Assembly (NCBI GenBank): GCA_905250005.1
Contig: CAJNOH010000668.1
Coordinates: forward strand, 1 to 64,000
Direction: 5' to 3'
DNA length: 64,000 nucleotides
DNA from: Rotaria sordida
Lineage: Eukaryota
The position numbers and the translations under genes are program-made. Position 1 is the first letter of the stretch, and every line of letters starts with the position of its first letter. The notes beneath the pieces were generated by a model, which was not told the origin of the DNA, did no database searches, and saw only the letters and a program-made list of their open reading frames with translations. Positions 25,287 to 39,099 of the stretch are shown here, piece by piece.

Positions 25287-27129
25287 GATATGTGGTCTTC
25301 GAAATTCATCTCCAAAAATATCGACGACAAGAAATTGTTATAAATCAAGGCACCCCAGAAAATGTGTGAACGTCGCTTAGAAAATCTTTCATAACAATTG
25401 AAAACAGCACAGTTGTTTTTTTGTTGTAATTGTATTAAAGAAATTTATTTGTAATTTGTCGTCTATCAGTGATCAATAAATATCTCTATGTTCGACTTAG
25501 AAGAAAAGTAGACTTTAGATTTCTTCTGTAATCTCTGTAACAAAAAAATTTTTACGCTCCGACAAAAATCTTCGATTATCAACAGAAATATACATGCAAA
25601 CATGTTTTATATGAGAGAATTTACGACGTGAAACTCTGAACATCCTAGGTGTCTTCGGGTAAAATGATGTTCAAGCGCTGCTTTCTTACATTTACCTAAA
25701 AACAATGCCTACAAATGGCCATCCAATATGCGTTTTTTTTTTCTGCTGAAGGTGTGTAAAAACAGCGTTTATCAAGATCCTGTAATTTAAGGGAACCTGA
25801 ATATTTTTGTCTCATTTACAATACGTCCAAGCTAGACAACAATGACCAGACAAATTGTCTAAAAATGTTCGGTCGCTAGTAATCTAACTGATGTTGTGTA
25901 AAGATGTTCAACTATTTCTGTTTCTTTAGATTGTTCGGTGGATTGAAAACCAATCTCTTCAGGTACTCGTTTTGTCAAAAGAGATATAATAGAAGCGGTT
26001 GAGGTTTTTTTTAAGGCAAACTATATGAAAATGTTTAGGTTATGTAAATTTACACTATAATCGACACTCATATGGCCTTTACACAAAGAGAAAAATATAT
26101 TCTGTTTTTTTCCTTTCTACGTTCAAGTGTAGCAGCAAGCCTTGACTGTACTATACGTTGAGATCAATTATAGCTCTCTTTTCAGTAAATATGACACAAT
26201 CTCACAGTGTCAAATAAAAATCATATGTAAACAATTCCAGGTTTCATCTTTTCTGAGTTAAGAACAAGTTAAGAAAATGATAAAAGATCTCACTGTTTAA
26301 GATCTATGTGTCAATCATATCTCGGTCCCAGTACGCCATGAGCCCGAGTCCTTTTGGGTTTTTCTTAGTCTCAGTGAGCCCTACTTGTAGCCAAAATATG
26401 GAGTCAAACGGCGTTGGACAGTTGGATATGTTTTCTCGTTAACCAGTTCGAGCAATGAGAACATCTCGAACTGATTTATCGACTAACACAATACGACGAA
26501 CGGCTTTTGACTTTAAGTATGTAAATCTTTTTCACTTCTTCTATTATTCAAAGAAAATCTTGAAATCATAAAACTATTTTGTCACCTTAAATTTTTATGA
26601 AATAACCAATGTTTTTACTTTGTCCACTTTTAGATGATTATTTGACCAATAGTCGAAACGCGTCGTATGGTGCTTTGAATCTATTCGATGAAAACTCACC
26701 ATCACACCTTCACCCTTACCATAAAAGACAAGTGTTGAAAGAAATAGCCAATTTGGGGTTGAAGACATGTTTTTTCCTTCAACATGCTTCTTCGAAACTT
26801 TCAGCGTGCCCTAACAACTTTTTAGAGAAATGAGAACGATTTACCGTTCAATGCATCATCATAGAGACAAAATATGAGAGAATCAGCATTAAAAGCCTAT
26901 AATTTGATCTAGTCAAAAAATATATACTCCTATTTTAGTCAATGAGGATTAACGCCAAAAACATCAACGAGACTTGTAAAATAAAGACATAGAAAGAGTA
27001 TAAAATGCTCATTTTATTTAATGCGAAAAACATATTATAAACTTGTTTTATTTTAAAGAAAAATTGTTTGAAAAGTGCTGCATTATTTTTGCAAAATATT
27101 GCATTAATACCAAGTCAATTATGAACATT

Positions 27130-30100
27130 ATCGGTACACAAACAAGACTTCTGTTCAACTCTTCCGCTCACCTCCAACCAAACATTACTACTCGCTCTTA
27201 TCATCGAACTCCACATCACAAACAAACATCCACCAAGACACTTCTGTTCGTCCCTTTTGCTCACTTTGAACCATACCTTGCCACTCCCTCTCGTCATCGC
27301 ATACAACGTCGCAAAGGAACATTCATTATCAGACTTCTGTTCACCTAGTTTGCCAACTTCCAACCAAACGCTGCCACTCACTCTCATCATCGGGCATTAC
27401 ATCATAAATGCACATGCATAATGATACTTTTGTTCACCTTTTTTGCTCATTTCCAACTAAACGTTGTCACTCGCTCTCATTATCTAATATTACACCACAA
27501 AGGAACATTCATAATGATATTTGTGTTCACCTATTTTACTCAATTCAAACCCAACGTTGTCACTTCCACTCATCATCAAACATCACATCACAATCAAACA
27601 TTGATAAGCAGAATTCTATTCACCTTTTTTGCTCACATTGAGTCAAACATTCCCAATCACTCTCATCATCGTACATCATATCACCAACAAACATTCATAA
27701 TGATACTTTTGTTTACCTCTTTTGCTCATTTCGAACCAAACATTGCCGTTCACTTTCATCATCGAACATCACACTACAAATGAATATTACTCATAACACT
27801 TCAGTTCGCCTCTTTTGCTCACTTCGAACCAAACATTGCCATTCACTCTCATGATCGAACATCACATTACAAACGAATATTACTCATAAGACTTCAGTTC
27901 ACCTCTTTTGCTTATTTCGAACCAAACATTCCTATTCACTCTCATCATGGACCATCACATCACAATCGAATATTCATAACCAGAACTCTTTTCCCCTCTT
28001 TTACTCAATTCGACGCAAATGTTGCCACTCAGTGTCATCAACGAACATCACAGCACAACCGAACATTCATTATCAGACTTCTGTTCACCTCTTTTGCTTA
28101 CTTCAAGCCAAACGTTGCCACTCACTCTTATCATCTAACATCGCCTCACAAACGAACATTCATAAGCAGAATTCAGTTCACCTCATTTGCTCACTTCAAA
28201 CCAAACGTCACCGCTCTCTCTCATCATCGAACATCACACCATAAACGGACATTCTTCACCAGGCTTTTGTTCACCTCTTTTCCTCACTTCAAACCAAATG
28301 TTGCCACTCATTCTCATTATCGAACACCACACTACAAACGAACATTACTCAAGATACTTCCGTTCACCTCTTTTGCTCACTTAGAATCAAACCTTGTCAC
28401 TCTCTCTCATCATCGAACACCACATCACAAACGAACATTCATTATCAGAATTCTGTTCAACTAGTTTGGTCACTTGAAACCGAACGTTGTCACTCACTCT
28501 CATCATCGAACATTACATCATAAATGAACATTCATAATGATACTTCTGTCCATCTCTTTTGTTCACTTTGAATCAAACCTTGCCATTCACTCATCATGGA
28601 ACATCACATTGCAAATGAACATCCATAAAAAGGCTTCTGTTCACCTAGTTTGTTCACTTCGAATTGAACGTTGTCACTCATTCTCATCATCAAACATTAC
28701 ATCTTAAACGAACATTCATAATGATACTTTTGTTCACCTCTTTTGCTCATTTCGAACCAAACGTTGGCACTCACTCATCATCGAATATCACATCACAAAC
28801 GAACATTCAGCAATATATTTCTGTTCACCTCTTTTGCTCACTTCGAACTAAATATTGCCATTCACTCTCATCATGGAACATCACATCACAAACGAACATT
28901 CAAAAGCAGAATTTTCTTCATCTGTTTTGCTCACTTTGAACCAAACGTTGCCATTCACTGTCATCATCGAGCATCACATCGCAAACAGACATGCATAAGC
29001 AGAATTCTGTTCACCTCTTTTGCTCACTTCGAACTAAACATTGCCATCCACTCTCATCATCGAACATCACATCACAAACGATCATGCAGAAGCAGAATTC
29101 TGTTTACCTCTTTTGCTTACTTCGAGCCAAATGTTGCCACTCACTCATCATCGAATATCACATCAGAAACGAACATTCCTCAAGATACTTCTGTTCACCT
29201 AGTTTGCTCATTGCGAACCAAAGGTTGCTATTCACTCTCATCATTGAACGTCACATCACAATCGAACATTCATTATCAGAATTTTGTTCGCCTCTTTTAC
29301 TCACTCCGAACGAAACGTTTTCACTCACTCTCATCATCGAACATCACGTCACAAACGAACATTCATTATCAGATTTCTGTTCACCCCTTTTGCTCAGCCT
29401 GAACCAAACTTTGCCAGTCACTCTCATCATCGAATATCACATCATAACCAGACATTCATCACCAGACTTCTGTTCACTTCTTTTTCTCACTTCGAACCAA
29501 ATGTTGCCACTCATTGTCATCATCAAACATCACATCACAAACGAACATTCATTATCAGATTTCGGTTCACCTCTTTTACTCACTGCAAACCAAACATTGC
29601 CACTCACTCTCGTCAACGAACAAGACACCAGAAACGAAGATTCATCAATATACTTTTGTTCACTTCTTTTGCTCATTTCGAACCAAATGTTGCCACTCGC
29701 TGTGATCATCGAACATCACATCATAAACAAACATTCATGAACATACTGCTGTTCACCTTTTTTTACTCACTTCGAACCGAACGTTGTCACTCAATCTCAT
29801 CATCGAACATCACATCGCAAACGAACATTCCTTACAATACTTCTCTTCACTTCTCTTGCTCATTTCGAACCAAACATTGTCACTCACTCGCATCATCGAA
29901 AATCACGCCACAAACGAATATTACTCAAGATACTTGTATTCACCTAATTTGCTCACTTTGAATCATAGATTGCCACTCACTCATCATGTAATATCACATC
30001 ACAAACGAATATCCATAAAAAGACTTCTGTTCGCCTCTTTTGCTTGCTTCGAATGAAACCTTGCCAGTCACTCATCATCGAGCATCACATCACAAACGAA

Positions 30101-30295
30101 TATTACTCATAAGGCTTTCGCTCATCTCTTTCGCTTACTTCGAACTAAACGTTGCCATTCACTTTCAGCATCGAATATCACATCACAAACGAACATCCAT
30201 AAAAAGACTTCTGTTCACCTCTGTTGCTCAATTCGAATCAAACATTGCTACTCACTCACATCATCGAACAGTGCATCACAAAGGATTTTAACAAC
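27130..30295 (+). repeat. Tandem array of a 93-bp monomer, ~34 copies. Approximate consensus: TTCTGTTCACCTCTTTTGCTCACTTCGAACCAAACGTTGCCACTCACTCTCATCATCGAACATCACATCACAAACGAACATTCATAATCAGAC. Copies are 80-90% identical with no length variation.
   Basis: Successive occurrences of the ttcacct core fall at 27342, 27435, 27528, 27621, 27714, 27807..., exactly 93 bp apart. The array continues to ~30295. Overlapping + strand ORFs in all three frames (219, 249, 225 aa) are artefacts of the stop-poor CA-rich composition. The minus strand is closed. Confidence 0.9.
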
Positions 30296-30299
30296 ATGT

Positions 30300-32050
30300 T
30301 GCATCAACTATCCATGCATCAATGAGAACAACTTTGAAGTGAAATGGTCGCTATAGTTAGAGGAGTATATGTCATGTGGCAAACGGATAACTATGAATAA
30401 TATCATATCCGTTTATTTTCACGAAGCTGAAAGAAATAATGGAAAAATTTTTGTTAGTTTATAATCACATATCAAATGAATAGTTATAACGCTTTTTGAA
30501 ACTCTCGGAATGCTTCTATTCATCTATGTGTCCTACTTACTTTGAAGGTTGAACCAATTCATTGACCGAATGACTTACAGTAAATGAATAATTATCAAAT
30601 TTAGAATTTCATTCACGTATTTACTACCATCTAGGTGGAAGATGTTGCATTGGTACGAAAGAAAACAATCACAAGTCAAATGATTGATTATCATTATTAT
30701 TGTGTTCATCAATAGTGTTCATTGCGAATCGAATATTACCTCTCAGTACTGTTGATCAAATATCGTATGATTAGTGAATAAGCATCATCATGGTTTTGTT
30801 CATTTATCTTAGCCACTTTGAAATAAAAGATTCGAGTTTTGTTGATTTCAAAATGATGTCATGATATACCAACATTTATTCGATAAGAAATTTGTTCGGT
30901 TATCTTCGTACATGCCTAATTAAATATTATAGATCAATGTACTAGTCGAGGGTGACAAAATCTATAGATCAACATAACGTTCCCAATGACGTTGTTCACC
31001 TATCTGGTTCTTTTATAACATATGGAACCATGCAAGATTGTCTAGTGATCCAAGATTGCATAAAAGCTGAATCATTAGGATCACTCTTGGACCAATTCTT
31101 CTATTCAATAGTATGATATTTGTTAAAATAGAATCTTGACGAATATGCACTTTTGAACGATGATGTGGCAAACGTTTGATCATAATTCTTCCAACGACTT
31201 TGTTCATCTATCTCACTCTCTAAGCACATGTGCTTTCTGACCTATCAACTTGATCAACGATCACATGAAAAGAAAATCATACGTATTTTGGATGGTATAT
31301 TCACCTATTTTACTTACTATGATGCAAATTTTTCGATGGATGCGTGCGTTCTACGATTACATCACAAATAAATCGTTATTAGCCATGTGAAACTTGTTAA
31401 ATAATTTTGTTCATCTATTGTATGCCCATAAAAGCAGGAATTCAAGAAAGATAAATTTATCGAGAGTCATTAGTCAAATGAATGATCATCATCTCCTATA
31501 GGTTCTGTGCATGTATTTTGTTTACATCAGAGTGAATATTTTGATTCAGTGTTTCAACAGTATTCGCATGATAATTGCGTGATTTTAATAAAACCAATGA
31601 GACTGTTCGTCTATTTTCTTTAATATCAAGCAAAACTATGGAGTCGCTAAACACAAAGAAGCTAATATATCCAATGAATCGGTCGAATCATTGTTCTGTT
31701 CGCTTATTTTGTTTTTTACTTTAATGCAAATCTTTGCAGTTCCTTCTCAAATTTAAGATCATATGAAACATGAATGATCATAACGACATTGGCCGCATTT
31801 GGTGCAAGTATTCTATCCAAAAATCTTGTTCACGAAGTAGAGAATCGATAGAGTCTATGTAGCAATTGAAATTTTGTTGCAATTGAATAACCTCTAGGAC
31901 GATAGTATTCGCTTATCTTGACTTTTCGAAGCATATTATGAAGGTTTTGAAACGATTATAGTTAGCATAAGAACCGAATTATTAGGACCACCGTTAACAT
32001 CCTATTCATTTATTTTTCTTTCTGTAAACGAAAGCTTTATTACAGCCAAC
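30300..32050 (+). repeat. Decayed relatives of the 93-bp repeat with irregular 90-200 bp spacing. They share the (t)tgttca(c/t)ctat(t)t and catcatc/gaatgatcat words.
   Basis: Recurring ttgttcatttatct (30794), gttgttcacctatctgg (30990), ctttgttcatctatctc (31198), tattcacctatttta (31300), ttttgttcatctattg (31408), ctgttcgtctatttt (31604), ttctgttcgcttatttt (31694). Confidence 0.55.
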
Positions 32051-35000
32051 TGCCGAAAAATCATACGATAGATGAATACTGATAACAAAAGTTCTGTACA
32101 TGTATTTCTATCTGTTAGGAGTAACTACTTCAAAATGTTGTATTAATCAATGGTCACATAAAGCATGAATAAGTTTGAGGAAGCTTCTTGCGCACTGTAA
32201 AAAAAAAGATAGAATATTGAATCTTTGCACTAACTGCAACTTTTCATAAATCCTTTTAAGGTTTATGTCGATGTCCTAAACCCTTTAATAGAATAGAATA
32301 GATATCCTAAACCCTACAGGGATATAATAAGGATATCATAAACCCTTTCGTAAACCCTTTTGGAAGGTTTATTATTCTACGCTTTTTAATGACAATGTAT
32401 TTGCCGGGTGGAACAAATCTTTGATATTCTAAAGATAAAAGTTACATGTGTTCAAAATAATTTCAAAATAAACTTGACAGCTTCTTTTCTGAGGGACCAT
32501 ATTGATAATGTTCAAGTATCTATCAAGCAACACAAAAATCTCAGTCTTTCGAATAGAACTGTACATGTCGAATTCTCGAACCGATTTCAAATAGAGAGTA
32601 TCTTACATTTGCAATGTTCGCAAATAGAAAAATTTCAGTTTCACTAATTATAAGGGTATAGTCTGATGATATCCATTAAAGACTGTAAGAAACATGTAAA
32701 CATGCTGCTCTTAAGATTCATCATGTAATACCATGATTATTCTCGATCCAGTTCAGTTTGACCCTAAAAATACATATATATCTGTATATAATTGATGATC
32801 TCTTTCTATACCCGATTCATTCATTCATTCATGCTGCTTTCTATATCCTGTGTTCAATATTTTTAACACAAGTTTTAACACTTTCACTCGTTATATATAT
32901 AAATCCTGTTTTATTTAAATTTCAGGCGCAAAGAAATTTTATTAGTTCAGAGCTAGATACTAAAAATACCTGACGAGCTGGATTTTCAGCATCAAGAAAT
33001 CATATTGGTCAAGGCTTAGATAAAATACCTCTGAATGGCGGATAGAAGAAAGGAAATTGGTTCGACAGCTTTCTCTAGAGAACCAAGTGGCATATATTCA
33101 TAGCCACTAATTGACATAAGCATCTTGTGTGGTTCTTCAGCCATATCTGAGAAGCGCTGAATACATTGATGAATCACTACTTTACCTGTGGCCATCTTGA
33201 ATAGTGAAGGAGTTTAAACAACCGCTGGAGAATGGAAGATCTGAAAATCCAAATAAAGAAAGCAATCACTATTATTGCCGCTAAAATATGATATATTCCG
33301 ATTTTTCTTGAATGATCTGAGAACCCAATGTCCTAGCGGTCGAATATTTCCACTGTTGGATGAGGCAAACTGAGCGAAATAGATTCAGTGCGTTCTATTA
33401 GTTTCTAGGAAACTGATTTCCTGCAAAGATATAGGCAACAGATTTAAAATGCGTATGATGACCGTAATGGGCTTAATGGCCATAATGGATATAATCAGCA
33501 TAATAACCGTGTTGCCGCAGACTCCCGCAGTGCATACAAAGAGGGCCTCATCCTTAATTAAGTGAACGCTCTCTGTGTACATAAAGACGCCCTCACTCTC
33601 ACCCAGAGACGTGCCCTCTCGTCCTCACTCTTAGCAGAAATAGATGCCATTCGTGTACATAGCAGAGATCGAATATTAATTTGTTTATTCGAGTAATTTA
33701 GCGACTTTTCTCGTATTGCGAGAATATAATGAGCATATTTTTTGTGATTGGCTTACGCACCACGCTATCAAGAATGATAAAAATTAATAAGAGAAAGAAC
33801 AGATTTTTCCTCTCTTTCTCTGTTCATATTGGTGCTCTTTATTTTTTCTTACTCTTAATCCTTTCATATTTTAGTAAAGAGTTATTCAAAAAATGGTGGC
33901 TGGCATTTAAAAAAAAATCCGACATTAGTATCTCTAATGTGATCCCTCGCAAGTAAAATTAATTGATTTTGTCTAATTTAAAGCCTCATGGAAAAGAACG
34001 CTTATGCCATTAGAAATCAGCTCGTTGAGCTCTACAAATTGGTATCATTTCGATTTAAAATGACGCGTCATACTTGGGAACCTTCCCTCGTTAGAATTTT
34101 ATTTGACTTATACTTAATTAAGTAATAAAATAATTTAAATGAGCAATAATGAAATTGAGCAATAATTATATAGAATGAGCAATAATTATATAGAATGAGC
34201 AATAATTTATTTAAATTAAAGGTAAATTTTATTTAGTAGAGTAGATGTTATATAAAAAGGGTGTTATAGTGTGACTCGCTTATATATCTTTTTTTTCTTT
34301 CTTCTCTTCTACGATGTCATACAGATGACAAGTACGACACATTCATGTTGGAGTTGACTTTAAAATATTTCAAAATCAACTCCGATATATACATATATCT
34401 TCTGTTTTCTTTCTCTCTTCTTTCCTTTCTCTCACTTGGATATTTCTCTTCTCTTGGTGCTGTTCAGGTATATTTTCCTTCTTTGTCATGTTTTCTTTCT
34501 AGGATGCTCGATTTTTTCCTAGCTCATTCATATATATAATTACCATTTCTACAATAAAGTAGTAGTTCAGTATTGATGTGTTAGATCAATCAGCCGTTAA
34601 CAAAGGGCAATATGAATTCGTTTACAAAATAAAATATGAAAAGAAAAGAAGGCAGACTATCTAAAGCAAAAAAAGCTTTATTCGCACAATAATATACAAT
34701 TTTTTCATTTTTCTTTTTTTTTAATTGTAAATAGTTTTTTATTTCTCTAATTCGTATAGAATAATGTAGTTTTTCTTTGTTTTATTGCTAAAATATGAAA
34801 TTACTACTGCTACTTAATGAATTAATTATTGTACATTTAATAATATAAAAGTAGTCAAATAAAGTTTTGTTTATTGCTCAAAATTTTTTGCTAAATCATA
34901 TTTTAATTACTGTCCATTCTGGTATTTTTATTGCTCAAATAAATACAAGACATTTTATTTTTCTATCAGACGTCAAACTCTGGCATGAGAAGAAATTATC

Positions 35001-35574
35001 TTAATAGGGCAGGCTGAACACAATTAGTGTAGTAGTATTTACCTTTAAAGAATATCTAAGCACTGTCGTAATCGAAAAAAATAGGCAAATACACTGGCTG
35101 TAAATATAAGCAAATGTAAAATAACTGATGTAAATTGCGACGAGCGCACGTTTTTATCTCTTCTTTATTGTTGTGATTACTGATGCATAGAGCTACTTTC
35201 TTTCGCTTTACTAAAAAAAAATCGAGCTGATCGGTCGACAAACGAAAGTATCAATAGCGAACGATTTTTTTTCTTGTCATGCTCGTCAAGAAGGTTATCA
35301 GTAATTAATATATGAAGAGAAAAAAAGGATGTGATATCGACTAGCTCTATTACTTTAACGAAACACGTGCTGGTAGACAAATATGAAAGTCTGTTGTCAA
35401 CTTATTTTCATCCTTCGTCTTAAATGCAACGATGGTGTGTTGTTATCACCTTCTGTACAAAGAGAGGATGAGTAATACCGTCGTGCATTCTCACATCATG
35501 ACGAGAAAAACACAGGATTAGTCTCATAAAAGAGTCTTTAATCCCAATACTGGGCTATTACGACAGAATTTTAA

Positions 35575-36160
35575 CTAAGAGCAAAACAACTGATTCCATG
35601 ATTCTGTGGTTCTGTTGATTCCAATAATTTCAAAATGATTCTTGCCACCGGAATCAATCATTTTCGTCTTGTAATTTCTACTTTTTTCTTTATATAATCA
35701 GTGAAAGAAATTTATTTCCATGATGCTCTTTATGGCAGACTTTTCGTTTTGTGGTCTCCGCACTATTCGCTTCATTAGTATTTAATATATTTGTTGTCAT
35801 CAGTGACTGGTGCTATATTCTGTGTCACTCAAACGAAAATAAAGAGTGATTCTTGTGATATCCTGAGGGAATGACTCAAATGGGAACAGCTGATTCTGAC
35901 GGTCAAAAACATTTTGCAATCACTCAGAATTATCGAATTAACAGTTTCTCCCTTATTGCCTACTGATGAAACTCTTGACTGAGAACAGTTTATATAAGAG
36001 TAAGCCAACCACCATCAACTGAATTCTCTAGTTTACATCGAATTCAAGTGACTCCAGGTAATTTTAAATGACTTCAAGTGTTTCGCACTGATTCTAAGTA
36101 CTTTCATTGATTCTGAATGATTTCATGTGATTCAAATGCCACAGAATCAGTTGTTTCTTC
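35575..36160. repeat. Possible MITE or foldback element (~580 bp) with imperfect terminal inverted repeats (aacaactgattc...tgtgg / ccacagaatcagttgtt) and internal gattctg / tgattc word repeats.
   Basis: Left 35586-35616: aaacaactgattccatgattctgtggttctg. Right 36131-36152: ccacagaatcagttgtttcttc, the reverse complement of aacaactgattctgtgg. No ORF. Confidence 0.3.
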
Positions 36161-37181
36161 CTTGACAAAAATACTAAAAAGAACATGGTAATATTTGGAA
36201 ATAATATCAATTATGACAATTTGTAAAATTAAAAATATTACCTGGTTCAGTATAAAATCGTTTTGATATTATAGTAGACGAATGAGAGAGTATCGAACTC
36301 AAGAATATATCTGCTTGTACTATCAATTAGTTTTATGAATGTGGATTTTATTCTTATCTTCACTCGTACTCTATGTTTTCGTCTTTCCTACTATTGATAT
36401 TCTAGAAGAAATGTAAGCAAAAGAAATATTATTTTTTCTGACATAGTGTGCATTAAGACTATTTGAAATTCAAAAGCTATCACAATCGAGGCAATCAATG
36501 AATTGTTCTTTATGTTATCAAGTAGAGCTTTTCTTCATATTATTCTTTATTATCAAAATATCTCATGACCGTATTCAGTCGTTTTTTGTTTTTGAAAAGA
36601 TACAATTTGTCTCGGAGAAAATTATTTTTTTTTTTTTTAAATATATGCACATTTGATTATATAGAGAACAATGCATATGATGAATAGAAAGAATAAGGAG
36701 ACGAGTAAAATTGATTCTTCGGACAACACGCTGTTTGTTATAGTTATGAGTGTGAATGATGGAGAAGTATTAATAACAAAGTCGCGTTTAATTTTATGTT
36801 TAATTACAATCTGCTCCATGTCTACAATACACTATAATATTCCTTTCAAATATGTTTAAACATGAACGCAAATCTAGATGTTAAAACTTACCATTGGATT
36901 TATAAAGTTGATAGAAGCGAAATATTACAATTATATGCATTTACATTTGTTGTTCTAGCATCTGAACTTCAAATGACTACTCGTGATTGAGTACATTATT
37001 TTTATTCTATGTCGTAGTTATCGTGTGATCATTTCAATCAGTGATTCGAATATGCACGAATTTGAAATTTCGTTAACATATTACCTCCAATATATTGTCC
37101 CTGTAAGTATAATCTGAAACAACATTTGTGCGTTCATTCATTAGGTCTTATGATGAACTGGAGAGTTCGAACAACTATACA

Positions 37182-37222
37182 GGGTGTAGGTGTGGATTCC
37201 TCTATTTCTATGGACACCCACA
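37182..37222. repeat. Inverted telomeric-repeat pair: gggtgtaggtgtgg ... cacccaca.
   Basis: Read directly in the sequence. Confidence 0.75.
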
Positions 37223-39099
37223 ATGATCTCAAAGTGTTATTACAAACTTGTTAGTGTTGATATTTTATACATCTACGTTTTCGAGATGTTAATAGCGTTA
37301 TCAAGCTCTCTGGTTCAATGGTGTCTGAATCTGTTTGTGACAGCGTCTTTGAGAAGTATACGATATCCTTTCTCATCTTTTTCGCCTATCAACAATGACA
37401 ATTTTTTATTGAAAGACATACTATAAGCTCAGAAGACTATTTGCTCTTATTTCTCTTATAAAAGAATTTCGTATTTGTCTATTATTAACAAAAATTTCAA
37501 TTGGTTTGATCGATTTTGATTTTTCGTTTGAAGATCGGTGATTCAAAAACCACGATTTTACTCATGCCTATTCTTTACATGTGAAAGAAAATATTATAAC
37601 CTGCATCATTTTTTTATTTACGTCGTATGCGACAGTCAATATACTGACACGAATCTTTTTTCAAGCAGTTGTCCTGTACACAGGCGAATGGATATGATAA
37701 GAACGAAAAAAAAAGGAATGCGTTACTTCAGTTTGCTCTTTTATTTTGTATTTGTATCTTCATTGTTTCTCATCAGTATTTTGCTCTTTACGGTTCTCAT
37801 TATATTCTATTTTTCCTTTTTAATTTCTCTCTTAATATTCCTTCAAGCATGAATTGATAGTCAGCGTATTAGTATCGATGATACGGAGTGTAACCCTTGA
37901 TTTTGAATATAGTTGTTCGTTTAAACATATATCTATTTCTTTCTCTTATCGGGTAATAAAAAGAAGTCGAATCATTATACGATCCCTCGTGCCATTTACA
38001 TAACAATGCAATAATAAATACACACTAATGATTCACAGGTGAGTAAAATAGATTAAGTATAATACATATTGTTGTCGTCATCTTTGATTACATTGTTAGA
38101 CATCGAAAAGAATGAAAAATTGATAATTTCAAATCTTATCATAATGCATAGTTAAATGAGTACGAATAGCTAGTAGAATCCAATAAGCATGTATTGATGA
38201 GAGTGTGGATGCTCATGATACAAATTTTTGCCTAAAAATCAAGTTAAAATTATAGTCTAAACTATACATGATGTGAAATATCAGCAAACAAACAGTTGAC
38301 GATGTTCATATCAAGTATCGACTAAACAAGAATATTCTTCCGATGACTATATCAAAAACTTACTTTGAGAAAGAGTCAGCTCATGGAACTGAATCATATT
38401 CGAGAAGTACCAAGATTAAATACTACATCACTGAGTTTTTTTATAGATCTCGAAAAATGATTGTAACTTACTTATTTTTTATAAATCAGTACGCATGTAT
38501 TCGTTGCATGATCATATTTTTAGACATTTTTCAGAAAACAAAATCTCACAGACGTTACTATTATGCATGGGTATAGTCAAGTGAAAAATATCTTTCTCGA
38601 TTATTAAAAATATGATTTATAGATATTCTGTCAACCTCACAATCTGAGAAACGCATACTATATCGGAGACAATATTTGAATGAATTAGAATTTCATACGC
38701 TAGACAATATCGATTCATTATCATGCTTAACTTTTAGAACGATAAACTACTATGTATTATTATTACATTTCGATCTTTATGGGTGTCAAATATTAGCCAC
38801 TTGTGTCTTAATAGAAATTTGTTTTTGACAAAAATATTTTGATTGAACATGTAATGTTAAATAGAAGAAAGAAATAAGAACTATCTAGAAGACAATTAGT
38901 AATTTCCAAATGTAGCAACTGTTTAATGTCTTTTTGAAAAGCTTACTCTATTGAAGCTCGTACAGACGAAATTGCATCTATGTTTCAGATATACTTATTC
39001 TATCATTCACGTTACAAAACACGTAATATAGTATCGCAATTCTATTATTGGTTAATATCAATAGTTTCGTTAATCATCTATTGATTTAAATATTGTGAA

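Noticed and set aside
26280-26480. Locally GC-richer island with a short hairpin (cagttcgag...ctcgaactg), considered as a possible snRNA or other ncRNA.
   Set aside because: No match to snRNA sequences I can recall (U1/U2/U4/U5/U6 boxes, Sm site), and no pol III A/B boxes. Insufficient evidence.
28032-30291. Eleven forward ORFs (65-249 aa) inside the 93-bp array, such as 28743-29402, 28991-29740 and 29284-29961.
   Set aside because: They overlap one another in all three forward frames. They translate to repetitive low-complexity His/Ser/Thr peptides, have no start context, and exist only because the CA-rich monomer lacks stop codons. Treated as satellite, not genes. A small residual coding possibility is noted in the findings.
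27130-30295. CRISPR-like regular repeat spacing.
   Set aside because: Eukaryotic context, 93-bp units with no unique spacers. The whole unit repeats, so it is a satellite, not a CRISPR array.
33050-33240. 59-aa minus-strand ORF MATGKVVIHQCIQRFSDMAEEPHKMLMSISGYEYMPLGSLEKAVEPISFLLSAIQRYFI.
   Set aside because: Short, no recognisable family, exon structure unclear. Could be a small gene but cannot be supported.
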